64,000 bases of DNA from Spirochaetia bacterium (GCA_965140585.1 OZ223267.1:416001-480000), one strand, 5' to 3'. Shown: positions 10,601 through 20,187, counted from the stretch's first letter. Numbers and translations are program-made. Notes: generated by a model from the letters alone, not told the origin.

Positions 10601-10827
10601 TCATACTCTCTTGTCCCCTCAAGATCCCGGAATGTGAGATAACCGTTTTCATCTGTAGTAAATGTCTCTTCATTTACGGTTACTTCAACTCCGGGCTGAG
10701 GCATGCCGGATGCGGAGAAAACGTAGATGTCAACATCACCCTTTTTTTCGAGGGCAGTCACCGCAGAGGCTGGAATGAGAAATAATAGAATAAATGTTAA
10801 TTTAAAGCGCCTGATAAATTTATTCAT
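7608..10827 (-). pseudogene. TonB-dependent receptor (~1072 aa if intact), split by a frameshift in a T9 run
   Basis: The N-terminal ORF has a signal peptide, carboxypeptidase-regulatory-like domains and a plug (YVYIRGMGERYS, PLDLFP, FAGG). The C-terminal ORF is a beta-barrel ending in F (GNPDL, LQGQSP). Deleting one base of the A9 run at 8869-8877 fuses the two. Confidence 0.85.
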
Positions 10828-11980
10828 TATTAAAATACCTGATAGATGAATTTTTTGCTGATTCAATAGCTTTTCGAAGCTGTGATGACTGCCTGAAAAG
10901 TATGCTGTCGTCAATTCCGCTAAGATATGAGACCGCCTTCCCGTATTCCTGAGTCTGATAGAATACATATGCCAGTGCATATTTAATTCCGTCTTCATCT
11001 AAAAGTCCGAGCCTTTTAAGCCTCATTTCAAGAGCTGCAGCCTGCTCAAAACTTTTTTTCTGAATCAGGGTGTTAAACCTCAGTCTTGTTTTATCAACCT
11101 GGTCGGAGAGGAGTGTATTAAGATATTCTGATTTTAGAAAATCACCCGCTTCACGGTAGAGTTCCGCTGCATCATTTGTCATTTCATAATCATCATATGA
11201 AAGCTGTTCAACTATTCCTGCTGCGGTAAGATACATTTCCCTGTCAACATAACATTGGGCAAGCATCAGTTTTACCCTGGCATTTGCGGGGAATTTTAAA
11301 AGAGCTTCCTCCATAATCATTATTGATTCATCAGTCATTTTACAGTCCCGATGCGCTTCGGCAATTGTTATGTATCCCTCGGCATTATCGTTTTCAGAAT
11401 TTTCCAGATAGGTTCTGCTGATATCCAGAGCTTCCTGGCTGAGTCCTAGTTCCAGCAGGTAGAAAACTTTCTGCTGGAGAAAGCTTGACCTGTTTTTAAA
11501 AACCGACAGTCCCTTATCTATTGTTTTAAAAGCTTCTGATTTTTTACCGAGAAACCAGTATGACTGAGATTTTAATCCGTACAGATCCGGAAACTGATTG
11601 AGAGATGGAAGTTTATCTATTGATTCTACGGTCTGCTGATAGTCCCCGATTGAAAAATAAGCCTGCGCAAGATATGCGTTTATAACCGGATCATTAAAGC
11701 CGGCGTAAACTGCAGCTCTGAAATCCTCAATTGCTTCTTCATTATCCTGTTTTCGGAGGGCTATAAGCCCTTTGAGAGTCCAGTACCTTGCTGTATCTGT
11801 ATCGGGAGCCTCAGGATCGACATTATCCAGAGCTTCTTCGGCCCTGATATAGTTTCCGTCTTTTATCAGCACTGCTGCCACACCAAGATAATCAATGTTT
11901 CTGTTTTTAGCAGATTCCGCTGCAGGAAGAAACGCCGTGATTGCGATAGTTAGAAATATTGAAAGTAATACTCTTTTCAT
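10820..11980 (-). CDS. Exported TPR-repeat protein (TtpD-like)
   Basis: Signal peptide and repeated helical A/Y/G TPR patterns. Lies immediately downstream of tonB. Confidence 0.8.
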   Translation of the reverse strand: MKRVLLSIFLTIAITAFLPAAESAKNRNIDYLGVAAVLIKDGNYIRAEEALDNVDPEAPDTDTARYWTLKGLIALRKQDNEEAIEDFRAAVYAGFNDPVINAYLAQAYFSIGDYQQTVESIDKLPSLNQFPDLYGLKSQSYWFLGKKSEAFKTIDKGLSVFKNRSSFLQQKVFYLLELGLSQEALDISRTYLENSENDNAEGYITIAEAHRDCKMTDESIMIMEEALLKFPANARVKLMLAQCYVDREMYLTAAGIVEQLSYDDYEMTNDAAELYREAGDFLKSEYLNTLLSDQVDKTRLRFNTLIQKKSFEQAAALEMRLKRLGLLDEDGIKYALAYVFYQTQEYGKAVSYLSGIDDSILFRQSSQLRKAIESAKNSSIRYFNNE

Positions 11981-11989
11981 ATAAAACCT

Positions 11990-12643
11990 TTAATTCAGCC
12001 TGAACGGAATCGGGACATTAACCCAGGATGAAACTGCCTTTCCCTGATACTTTGCCGGAATGAAACTCCAGCTGCCAGAAGCTTCAATAACTGCAGAGTC
12101 GAACACTCCCGGAGGGTCTGATTCCAGAATCTGAGCATCAATAACCTGACCGGTTTCTGACAGATGAACGCTTACCAGAACCCGTCCTTCAAGCTGTCTC
12201 TGCTTTGCCCGTTCGGGGTAGGGAACTTTTATATTCTTTGCAGCCGGAGGAGTATCAACTGCATCCTCGGTCATAACAACATCTTCCAGTTCGCCAAGCA
12301 GAGATTCTGATATCCCTGCAGTTCCGGCTCCGTTAAAATTAGGCAGTGACAGAGAAATACTGCTCATCCCTGAACCTAAAACCGGAACCGGAGCAAGATC
12401 CGTCTCCGTCCTTTTAACCGGTTTCTGCTCCTTCTCTTCACGCGGCGGTGGTGCCTTCTGCTGAGCTAAAGGAATTGTAAAATCGACGGAAGTCATGCTG
12501 TCAATCTTCTCCGGATCTGTAATATACCTGTTCATCAGAATCACCCATGTGAATATAAGAAGTGAACCCAGAAAAGCTATGAGAACTATCCTGATAAAAT
12601 CCTTCCTGCCCGGATTTACCGGATCAAATACTGAACTGCTCAC
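11990..12643 (-). CDS. tonB: Energy transducer TonB
   Basis: N-terminal TM, Pro/Lys/Glu-rich linker and a TonB_C domain (YPERAKQRQLEGRV...FD.A...W.F.PA). Confidence 0.9.
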   Translation of the reverse strand: MSSSVFDPVNPGRKDFIRIVLIAFLGSLLIFTWVILMNRYITDPEKIDSMTSVDFTIPLAQQKAPPPREEKEQKPVKRTETDLAPVPVLGSGMSSISLSLPNFNGAGTAGISESLLGELEDVVMTEDAVDTPPAAKNIKVPYPERAKQRQLEGRVLVSVHLSETGQVIDAQILESDPPGVFDSAVIEASGSWSFIPAKYQGKAVSSWVNVPIPFRLN

Positions 12644-12648
12644 TCTGC

Positions 12649-13044
12649 TCAGTTCCTGGTTGCTACGCCGACATCTGACGCACCTGCCAGTTTTGCCTGA
12701 TCTATTACTTCAATCAGCTGTTCTGTAGAAGTAAGCCGGTCTGCAATAACCAGTACCGAACCTGATGATGATGCAGCCAGTGCATCCCTTACAAGGCTCT
12801 GAAGCATCCAGGTTTTTACAAGCTGTTCGTCCATGTAAATCAGACCTTCTCTGTCAATATAGATACGGATTGATTTGCCAGATGCCGCAGCGGCACCATT
12901 GGCACTGGGCCTTTCAAGGTTAAGCTGCATATCCTTGGTGAAAGTTGTGGATACCGCAAAAAATATTAAAAGTATGAAAACCATATCGATCAGCGGAGAC
13001 ATATCAAGCGCTTCCGGTTCGTGTCTTCTTGGTAAAAATTTCAT
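12649..13044 (-). CDS. exbD: Biopolymer transport protein ExbD
   Basis: MSPLIDMVFILLIFF TM motif with the conserved Asp. Confidence 0.92.
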   Translation of the reverse strand: MKFLPRRHEPEALDMSPLIDMVFILLIFFAVSTTFTKDMQLNLERPSANGAAAASGKSIRIYIDREGLIYMDEQLVKTWMLQSLVRDALAASSSGSVLVIADRLTSTEQLIEVIDQAKLAGASDVGVATRN

Positions 13045-13664
13045 ACCTGTCCATCTCCTTCATCAGCGTTTAAATCCGCTTCAAAAAATTCTTTAATCTG
13101 TTCAATTTCATCAGCCATGGAATCCTGGCGTCTGTCCAGAAAGCGTCCAAGTATCAGTCCGGGAACCGCAATAACCAGTCCGAACTGTGTTGTAAAAAGC
13201 GCCTGGGAGATTCCATTGGCAATTCCTCCGGTTTGTGAATAGAAAGTCAGACTGCCTAAGGAGTCAAACATTTCTATCATTCCGCTCACTGTTCCGAGAA
13301 GTCCGGCAAGCGGAGCAACAGTTACTATGGTTCTTACAAGAGTTCGATGTCTGTTCATCCCTTCCGTAAGAAAATAGAGCTCGTCATCAAGATAGCTTTT
13401 GATCTTTTTGCTCTGCTTTTTCCGGATACGCCAGGCAATACTGACTGCTGAATCGATAAAGCCTTTAACAGGTTCTTCAGGACGGCATTCGTAGATTGCA
13501 AGCAGTTCACGGACATTCATACGGTTTCCACGTCTCAGCATTATCATACGGTAGGCAAGGGCATACCACAGAACAACTGTACCTGCCACAAGCGGCCACA
13601 TGACAAAGCCGCCGCTTTTTAGGAATGCCGAAAGATCTTCAATCAGGTCAAGGAAGAAATTCAT
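13041..13664 (-). CDS. exbB: ExbB/MotA/TolQ proton channel
   Basis: APLAGLLGTVSGMI and GISQALFTTQFGL. Confidence 0.9.
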   Translation of the reverse strand: MNFFLDLIEDLSAFLKSGGFVMWPLVAGTVVLWYALAYRMIMLRRGNRMNVRELLAIYECRPEEPVKGFIDSAVSIAWRIRKKQSKKIKSYLDDELYFLTEGMNRHRTLVRTIVTVAPLAGLLGTVSGMIEMFDSLGSLTFYSQTGGIANGISQALFTTQFGLVIAVPGLILGRFLDRRQDSMADEIEQIKEFFEADLNADEGDGQV

Positions 13665-15031
13665 TTGGCTTTCTTAACCGCCTTTTTGGCTCTCTTGAAT
13701 CCTGAAGATGCATTTACGAGTCTAAGGGCGGAAATCTCCAGCTTTGAACTTATAGAATCAGACCAGGCCGAAAGAAGGTTTCCCAGGAGCAGTGTAGGAA
13801 TTGCCACTACAAGACCAAACTCTGTTGTAACCAGGGCTTCAGATATTCCTCCGGAAAGCAGTTTTGGATCTCCGGTACCATAAATAGTGATTATTTCAAA
13901 AGTTGAAATCATGCCAGTAACAGTTCCAAGAAGTCCGAGAAGAGGCGCCACAGCCGCGAAAACACTGATTGCCGATCTGAACCTGTTCAAAGCTGGCTGT
14001 TCATTAAGTACACTTTCAGCAATTGAATCTTCAACCTTTTTAGGAGAATCGATCAGGCCGTTTACAGTAGCTGTAATTACCCTGTTCAGCGCTCCGCTTA
14101 ATTTACTGCAGAGGACCAGTGCTTCCTGAAGGGCTCCGGATTCTACCTTGTCGGCTATATCATCAATGTACTCTTCTTTATTACCCTTATTGATTCCTGA
14201 AAGGCCTAGAGCCCTGATAACTATCAGCACAAGAGCCAGAAACCCCATGGCAATGATTACAAGTCCGATTATACCGCCTCCGTCTATTGTGTCTTTAAGA
14301 GTTTTCCCCTTGGAGGTTTCAATAAGATTTTCTGATGATTCAAATAGAAAAAGCGGAAGACTTGCAGGATGTTTTCCGTTAATAATTTCCTTCGCCTGGG
14401 GCAAGAAATCCTCTCTGACAAGGTGAAACATTCCGCCTCCGGCCGGGGCTAACGTGCCACCGATATTGTCGCCTGTTCCCATTGCCGCTATCTGGCCTAC
14501 ATGAGCAATTTTTCCATCGACGGTTTTTCCGTCGGGAAGGAAAAATGGTTCCTCTTTTACTGTAATTGAACCCAGTGTAGAGAGGAGCTTCAATGACTCT
14601 GAAAAAACTTCACCCAGATTGGCTGTCTGTTCATCAGCATTACCGCTGTATGCTTTAGTTTCAACATCATATTTCTGAAGTTTTGATACCGCCTGTATGA
14701 TGATTGTTTCAATCGTATCGAAAGTCTCAGTTGAATCACTTTCCTGGTCTTCAAGGAAGTTCAGTTCTTTCTGTTCTTTTTCTACATCATCCTGTAGGTT
14801 AAGCAGGGTAACTTCAAGGCGGTTAAGTTCATCTCTGGCTGCTTCAATACGCTGGTCTCCGTCAGTCTCAACATCCTGAATCCTATGCTGAAGAAGACGT
14901 ATTTCATTATCAAGATAGATAAACTCCCGTTTATATGCATCAGTGAGACTATCGCTTTCCTGTGCGGAAACGGAGAATATGCTGCAAAGAATCAATACTG
15001 CTGATATGATTAATACAAGCTGCTTTTTCAT
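13661..15031 (-). CDS. Long ExbB-family protein with signal peptide and periplasmic coiled coil (TtpC-like)
   Basis: Signal peptide, coiled coil, then APLLGLLGTVTGMI...GDPKLLSGGISEALVTT. Confidence 0.85.
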   Translation of the reverse strand: MKKQLVLIISAVLILCSIFSVSAQESDSLTDAYKREFIYLDNEIRLLQHRIQDVETDGDQRIEAARDELNRLEVTLLNLQDDVEKEQKELNFLEDQESDSTETFDTIETIIIQAVSKLQKYDVETKAYSGNADEQTANLGEVFSESLKLLSTLGSITVKEEPFFLPDGKTVDGKIAHVGQIAAMGTGDNIGGTLAPAGGGMFHLVREDFLPQAKEIINGKHPASLPLFLFESSENLIETSKGKTLKDTIDGGGIIGLVIIAMGFLALVLIVIRALGLSGINKGNKEEYIDDIADKVESGALQEALVLCSKLSGALNRVITATVNGLIDSPKKVEDSIAESVLNEQPALNRFRSAISVFAAVAPLLGLLGTVTGMISTFEIITIYGTGDPKLLSGGISEALVTTEFGLVVAIPTLLLGNLLSAWSDSISSKLEISALRLVNASSGFKRAKKAVKKAK

Positions 15032-15035
15032 GCGA

Positions 15036-15818
15036 TTACTCCTGTTCAGCCGTCATGGGGTTCGGCAGCTCAAAGAAACCTTCCCTCAGATTTTTCCGTA
15101 TTGAGTCAAACAGGGTTTCTATCTGCTTCTGCTGAGTCCGATCTTTAAGGACGGTATATTCGGGCCCGGTCTCTGTTCTTAAAGCGTAACCGTATTTCTC
15201 ATCAAAGGTTTTGAAATAAAGCAGGACCATCCCAAGTCTGGCAACTTCAACCAGCTGCTGTTCACCGTCAATCACTGCCTGCTGCCTGTAGATACCGTTT
15301 TCTGTTGTCAGCCGGAATTCAGACTCCAGGAGGTTCCAGAATCTGGCCAGAACCACACCGGTATCAGCGCTGCCTGTTTCGATTAAAGTTTTTAAGTCCT
15401 GTGCCTCGGAAACTCTTTCATCGGTCTGAAATGGAATGCCGCTTTTTATATATGCAATCAGCTCTTCAATGGTATTCAGCAGAACAGGTTTAATCTCGAC
15501 GATTGACTCCCTGTTCTTTTTTATCTGGTCCTCAAATTCGGCTGTATCTCTTCTGATTTGTTCTAAACTTATTTCTTCACGTTTGATCTGGGTTTCGATA
15601 TCAGTTTTCTGGGTTGCTATAGAACGGAGCTGCTCATTGTATTCAGTTTTTGTCAGTGAGAGCTGATTCGATAAAGTTTCAACCTGAGAACGTTTTTCGG
15701 CTATCTGGGCGGCAAGATTATTAAGTGCTGATGATTCAGCATCCTGTGCAAAAATTATAAGGGGTATAAAAAAAAGAAAAAGGGTTAAATAAACCTTTTT
15801 ATTAAGTGCTTTATGCAT
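15036..15818 (-). CDS. DUF3450/TtpB-like periplasmic coiled-coil protein
   Basis: Signal peptide, coiled coil, IPFQ..ER and RLG.V.LYF.T.D. Its position before the long ExbB matches TonB2-type operons. Confidence 0.75.
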   Translation of the reverse strand: MHKALNKKVYLTLFLFFIPLIIFAQDAESSALNNLAAQIAEKRSQVETLSNQLSLTKTEYNEQLRSIATQKTDIETQIKREEISLEQIRRDTAEFEDQIKKNRESIVEIKPVLLNTIEELIAYIKSGIPFQTDERVSEAQDLKTLIETGSADTGVVLARFWNLLESEFRLTTENGIYRQQAVIDGEQQLVEVARLGMVLLYFKTFDEKYGYALRTETGPEYTVLKDRTQQKQIETLFDSIRKNLREGFFELPNPMTAEQE

Positions 15819-15829
15819 TAGTTTTCCTC

Positions 15830-15857
15830 AAAAAACTCCACGCCCGAAGACGTGGAA
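15830..15857 (-). terminator. Intrinsic terminator after the lipoprotein gene
   Basis: Minus strand reads TCCACGTC-TTCG-GGCGTGGA followed by GTTTTTT. Confidence 0.8.
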
Positions 15858-15877
15858 TTAAAGCAGTAATAATAATC

Positions 15878-17287
15878 TTAGTTGGCAGGTGTTGAAGTCC
15901 AGCCGGCATACCATTCAGATCCTGAAGTTGAAGGATCAACAGCTCCAAAGTAGGCTGAGCCATCTACGCTTACAGAAATTGATGTTAAATCAGTTAAAGT
16001 TGTACTTGTCGGGCAAACATCAACTTCACTTTCATTAGCTCCAGCGAATGCTGCAGCGGGAAGGTAAGTTGTAATATTTCCATTGGTTGCATCTTTATTT
16101 GCTGCTGCAGTTGCAACCCAGTCGGCAGCTTCAGTAGCACTGTCCACAGCAGTTACAACGCCCTTATAAACAACAGTTCCGCATTCTTCGCCGGTAGCTG
16201 TCTCTTCTTCAAAGGGTTCTTTTGCAACAGCATATGCTATTGAGTTTATAAGAGTAAGGTTGGTCCCTCTTCTGAACTTACATCCGTGATCTCCGTTTCC
16301 AATCATTGTAAAGTTTGAAAGAGTAGGATTGGCAACAGGAGTGGCTGCAGTATTATCTTCGTTACTGTCAGCTTCAATGAGTTTGTCACCGATACCTGAA
16401 TACTGCTGAAGAATCACATGGTCGGCTGCTCCCGTCCATCCGTATGTCCAGTCAAGTGAATCGTCTTTTGCACCTGTAATTACAAGGTGGCTTACTTCTA
16501 CAGCTCCGCCGAAGAACTCAACACCGTCATCAGCATTCATGTGAACCTGAACGTAGTCTACAGTTGTTCCGCTTCCTACGGCCTGGAAGGCTATTCCGTT
16601 AAGTTCGTTGTCTGCACTGAAAAGTGTGCCGGCAAATTCAACTCTTACATATTTAAGAGTTCCGCTGTTATCAGCATCATCTGTTCCGCCGTAAGTTCCG
16701 GTTTCACCTTCACCTTCTGCAGTACCTCCGGTAGCATTGATTGCAGCGTTACCGTTGATTACAAGTCCGCCCCAGTCTCCGCGTGCTCTCGTTCCTTCTG
16801 ATTTTGCAGATGTAAAAACAATAGGAGCTGCAGCAGTACCGACTGCATTTATTTTTGAACCCCTTGTTATAACAAGGACACCCGGTTTGGTTGTGCTGAC
16901 TTCACCCTTGATAAGGGTTCCGGCTTCAATTGTAAGTGTACAGTTATTAGCATTATCATTTCCAATGAATACAGCATCAGCAAGATAGTATACATTGTCA
17001 CTATCCCAGCTCATGTCAGTTCCGAATCTTCCTGCTACAAGTACCTGATACTCATCATCATCACCTGTCATGTAGCCTGCATCACCTGAGACATCACCAT
17101 CAGCATCGTAAGTTCTTGTTGCCATATATCCGCCAAGGTCATCTACAGCGCTTACAATAAAGCCGTTTCCAAGATCGTCTCCAATCGCATAGTCTACAGT
17201 TCCGGTTGAATCGTCACAACCAACAAAGACAGCGAGTACAAGTGCCAGCATCACGAGTACTGACAATATGTTCATTAGTTTCTTCAT
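15878..17287 (-). CDS. Acidic beta-helix-type lipoprotein of the kind associated with TonB-dependent receptors
   Basis: FVGC lipobox; LTIEAGTLIKG, PIVFTS, GDWGGLVING, DNSGTLKYVRVEFAG and DDGVEFFGG. GGAGG RBS. Confidence 0.8.
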   Translation of the reverse strand: MKKLMNILSVLVMLALVLAVFVGCDDSTGTVDYAIGDDLGNGFIVSAVDDLGGYMATRTYDADGDVSGDAGYMTGDDDEYQVLVAGRFGTDMSWDSDNVYYLADAVFIGNDNANNCTLTIEAGTLIKGEVSTTKPGVLVITRGSKINAVGTAAAPIVFTSAKSEGTRARGDWGGLVINGNAAINATGGTAEGEGETGTYGGTDDADNSGTLKYVRVEFAGTLFSADNELNGIAFQAVGSGTTVDYVQVHMNADDGVEFFGGAVEVSHLVITGAKDDSLDWTYGWTGAADHVILQQYSGIGDKLIEADSNEDNTAATPVANPTLSNFTMIGNGDHGCKFRRGTNLTLINSIAYAVAKEPFEEETATGEECGTVVYKGVVTAVDSATEAADWVATAAANKDATNGNITTYLPAAAFAGANESEVDVCPTSTTLTDLTSISVSVDGSAYFGAVDPSTSGSEWYAGWTSTPAN

Positions 17288-17323
17288 ACTTTTCCTCCTA
17301 TGGAAAATTTAATAGATGGGCAC

Positions 17324-17389
17324 ATATTACGGGGCGGACTGTTAGGGTAGTATTATCCTGATATGAAATAGGGATAAGTTTAGTGTTAA
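17324..17389 (-). promoter_or_regulatory. Candidate Pho-box array and -10 element
   Basis: Minus-strand hexamers TTAACA, CTTATC, TTCATA, ATAATA and CTAACA at an exact 11-bp period (17389 to 17340), then 10 nt to TAATAT. Confidence 0.55.
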
Positions 17390-17424
17390 TTGTATTTAGA
17401 GAATGTTAAATAACACAGTGGAAT

Positions 17425-17460
17425 AAAAAAAAGGAACCAACCTGTTTCAAGTCAGTCCCC
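17425..17460 (-). terminator. Intrinsic terminator after the RRM gene
   Basis: Minus strand GGGACTGACTTG-AAA-CAGGTTGGTTCC (G-U rich stem) followed by T8. Confidence 0.7.
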
Positions 17461-17485
17461 TTCGGTACAAAGTAAAAAGTTATTG

Positions 17486-17755
17486 TTAGAAGCGTCTAGG
17501 GCCTCGTTCCTTTTCAATTGATTCGTTCACTTTAATGTTGCGGCCTTCAATATCAGTACCATTGAGCGCAGAGATTGCAGCCTGTGCTGAATCCTCGTCC
17601 TCCATCTCTACGAAACCGAAGCCCTTGGAGCGATTGGTTTCTCTGTCCATGATAATTTTTGCACTAACAACAGGTCCGAACTGACCGAACAGCTCTTCAA
17701 GCCCTTCGTTGCGCATTCTGTAGTTTAAGTTCCCTACATAAATTTTCTTTGACAA
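17486..17755 (-). CDS. RRM RNA-binding protein
   Basis: RNP2 IYVGNL and RNP1 KGFGFVEM. TTG start with a GAGG RBS. Confidence 0.95.
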   Translation of the reverse strand: MSKKIYVGNLNYRMRNEGLEELFGQFGPVVSAKIIMDRETNRSKGFGFVEMEDEDSAQAAISALNGTDIEGRNIKVNESIEKERGPRRF

Positions 17756-17892
17756 TTTAGCATCCTCACCGGTGTATTACCGGTATTAAAAAAATAAATA
17801 CACTGAACAGAAAATCTGTCTTAACCAGTTATTTCATCTTTAGCAGTAATTAAACTGTTTGTCAATCGGTAAAAAAATAAGTTGTAAAAACC

Positions 17893-19260
17893 TTATTTTT
17901 CATCGGGATTATCAAAGACAACCACCGTTCCGTTAAAATCAAGTACATCTCCGCTTTTAAGTATATGCTGCTTTTTAAACCGGTTGTTGACCTTAAACTC
18001 ATCATCAGCTGCTACAGTGTAGTTTCCAACGGTCTTGTCGTATACTATGGTCGCGTGTGATTCTCTTAAAGACGGGTTCCCGGCTACAGTCATATCGGCC
18101 CGGTCCCCAGCTCCAATTACAGTTACCTCATTTGTCAGATTCACTCTTGTTACCTGTGAAAATGGTTTGTCTGTATTGAGAATATTGATTTCCGCCGATT
18201 TTGCGGCATGTTCCCATACAAGCAGAAGCATTGCGGCAATTATACCTGCAGCAAGCAGAAGCGGAATCAGAAACAGCCAGCTGAAACCGTTCTCTGGAAG
18301 TCCCAGAAAGTGAGGTACATAGAATGCCGACTGACTTTCCTGATTGTCCACCTTCAGGATTATATCGTTAACCTCTGTCCTGTTGTATGAAGGACGGAAG
18401 CGTATACGGTATTCTTTTCTTATTTCCTCACGTATTGTACTGTAGACATTTTCAAGCTGTTCTCTGTCTGTTGCATCAAAGCTCCTGCCGCCTGTGGCTT
18501 CAGCAATTCTGGAAAGTTGCGGATCTCTGTCTGCTCCTATATGAACCGCATAAATACTGATGCCTTCCTCAAGCATTTTTTCAATAACTTCATCAGGTGC
18601 GGTTTGCTCTCCTGCATACAAAGGATGCTCACTACCAGAAAGCGAGTAGGGATAGTTTTCTCCGTCTGAAAGAACAATCATTGCCCGCCGGCCGGTAAAA
18701 GCTGCAAGTTCAGCAGAGGCCTTGTCCATGGACAGGTAGAGCTCTGTGAATGCTTCATCATCCGCCGGTTTCTGAATCTTTTGAAGTGAGGATTTCTGTG
18801 TTCCTGATATTCCGGCAATCGGTGAAAGCGGTGTGTAGTATGTGTTAAAAGAGGCAATCCCTATCTTATCAAGCGGATTATCTATACTGCTTAGAAAAGA
18901 TTCTACAGCATGAACCGCAGTCTGATATCTGCTCTCATCGCCTATATTCCATTTATGCATTGACCCCGAATTATCCAGCAGCAGAAGAAAGCTGATACCC
19001 TGCTGTTCAGGGGCTTCCTGCTCAATGCTCTGAATCTTCTGTTCCTTCATATTCCCCTTTGAATCGAGAATAAAAAGCTGAATTTTCTCTGAGCCGTCCA
19101 GAGTTCTCGGTGATCCTTCAGCATCTCTTGGAAGAAAGAACAGATCAAGAGTTCCGTCAATCAAAAGCCTTCGGTTTTCTATCTGGGTAATATCAATACT
19201 CTGAGCAAACAAAGATGAAACTGTTAATAAACAAATCGCTGCAGCTAATAATTTCTTCAT
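17893..19260 (-). CDS. Exported vWA domain, TM helix and cytoplasmic FHA-like domain
   Basis: Signal peptide from ATG 19260 (GGAG RBS), MIDAS DNSGS...T...SDGE, a TM helix and a C-terminal FHA-like domain (IG...HA...VN...L.SGD). Confidence 0.85.
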   Translation of the reverse strand: MKKLLAAAICLLTVSSLFAQSIDITQIENRRLLIDGTLDLFFLPRDAEGSPRTLDGSEKIQLFILDSKGNMKEQKIQSIEQEAPEQQGISFLLLLDNSGSMHKWNIGDESRYQTAVHAVESFLSSIDNPLDKIGIASFNTYYTPLSPIAGISGTQKSSLQKIQKPADDEAFTELYLSMDKASAELAAFTGRRAMIVLSDGENYPYSLSGSEHPLYAGEQTAPDEVIEKMLEEGISIYAVHIGADRDPQLSRIAEATGGRSFDATDREQLENVYSTIREEIRKEYRIRFRPSYNRTEVNDIILKVDNQESQSAFYVPHFLGLPENGFSWLFLIPLLLAAGIIAAMLLLVWEHAAKSAEINILNTDKPFSQVTRVNLTNEVTVIGAGDRADMTVAGNPSLRESHATIVYDKTVGNYTVAADDEFKVNNRFKKQHILKSGDVLDFNGTVVVFDNPDEK

Positions 19261-19274
19261 AATATTCTCCATAA

Positions 19275-20163
19275 CTAAGGTATAAATCTTAGTACTGTCC
19301 GTCCGCACCGGATAACATCTTCATATTTAAGCTGGCAGTCTCCATCGACAGCCCTGTCGTTGATAAACAGCTTTTTATCCGAAGCCTTCTTTTCAATATG
19401 AAGACTGCCTGACTGCCGGTATACCCTGGCATGGAAACCTGCTACTGCGGAATCTCCAGGCAGGACAATATCAGCCTTGTCGGCAGAACCTATAAGGCTT
19501 GAAGTTCTTGAGATGATGAATTCCTTACCTTTAAATTTTCCATTAACGACTTTCAGCACACCGTACCGGCCCACAGCATCAGCTATACTGAGCCCGGCGC
19601 CGATGAAAATTCCCATGAAAATAAAGCCGGCAAGTCTTAGTCCGGAAGGAGCTACTATGCTTAATGAGTTAAGTCCCTCATAAGCAAGTCCCGCCGGCAA
19701 GCCCTCCAACCAGTCCTCCGGCAAGTCCGAACAGCAGTCTTCTAAGTGATTTTGTCCTAACTCCTTCAATTATTCCAAGAATGCCGCCGAGGACAGTCCA
19801 TCCCGGAATTCTTGCTTTCGGAAGATAACTGGTCTGTATATCATTAATTGAAGCGCTTCCGGCTCCTGTGACAGAAAATAAAAGCCCCTGGGCTATCAGG
19901 ATTGCTAAGGCTCCGGCGATAAAGCCGAATATCAGACCGAAGAGTGCTCCATTTGCAGCCTTTGATTTTATTGAAAGGGCAATTCCTTCACCCAGTCCTA
20001 TTACAGCTCCGTATACAGCACCGATAAAACCTCCGGTAATGATCAGGTGCAGGTAAAATGAACCTCCGTTCATGATCATAAGAGATTCAGTGGCGAACCA
20101 CACTATGCCTCCTGCGGCCAGTCCAAGCAGCAGATATATAATCTTTTTTATAGTTTTAGTCAT
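19275..20163 (-). pseudogene. Gly-rich multi-TM protein with C-terminal FHA-like domain, split by a frameshift
   Basis: ORFs 19678..20163 and 19275..19769 join into ~295 aa if one C of CCC at 19690-19692 is removed (…GGLAGGLAYEG…). Confidence 0.8.
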
Positions 20164-20187
20164 TACGTTAACTCCCTGCTGTGATGT

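Noticed and set aside
10828-10998. 57-aa N-terminal extension of the TBDR ORF in the track
   Set aside because: It overlaps the TPR gene; the signal peptide begins at the ATG at 10827.
11990-15031. Tol-Pal or MotAB stator interpretation
   Set aside because: No TolB, Pal or MotB is present; a TonB_C protein and a TBDR are.
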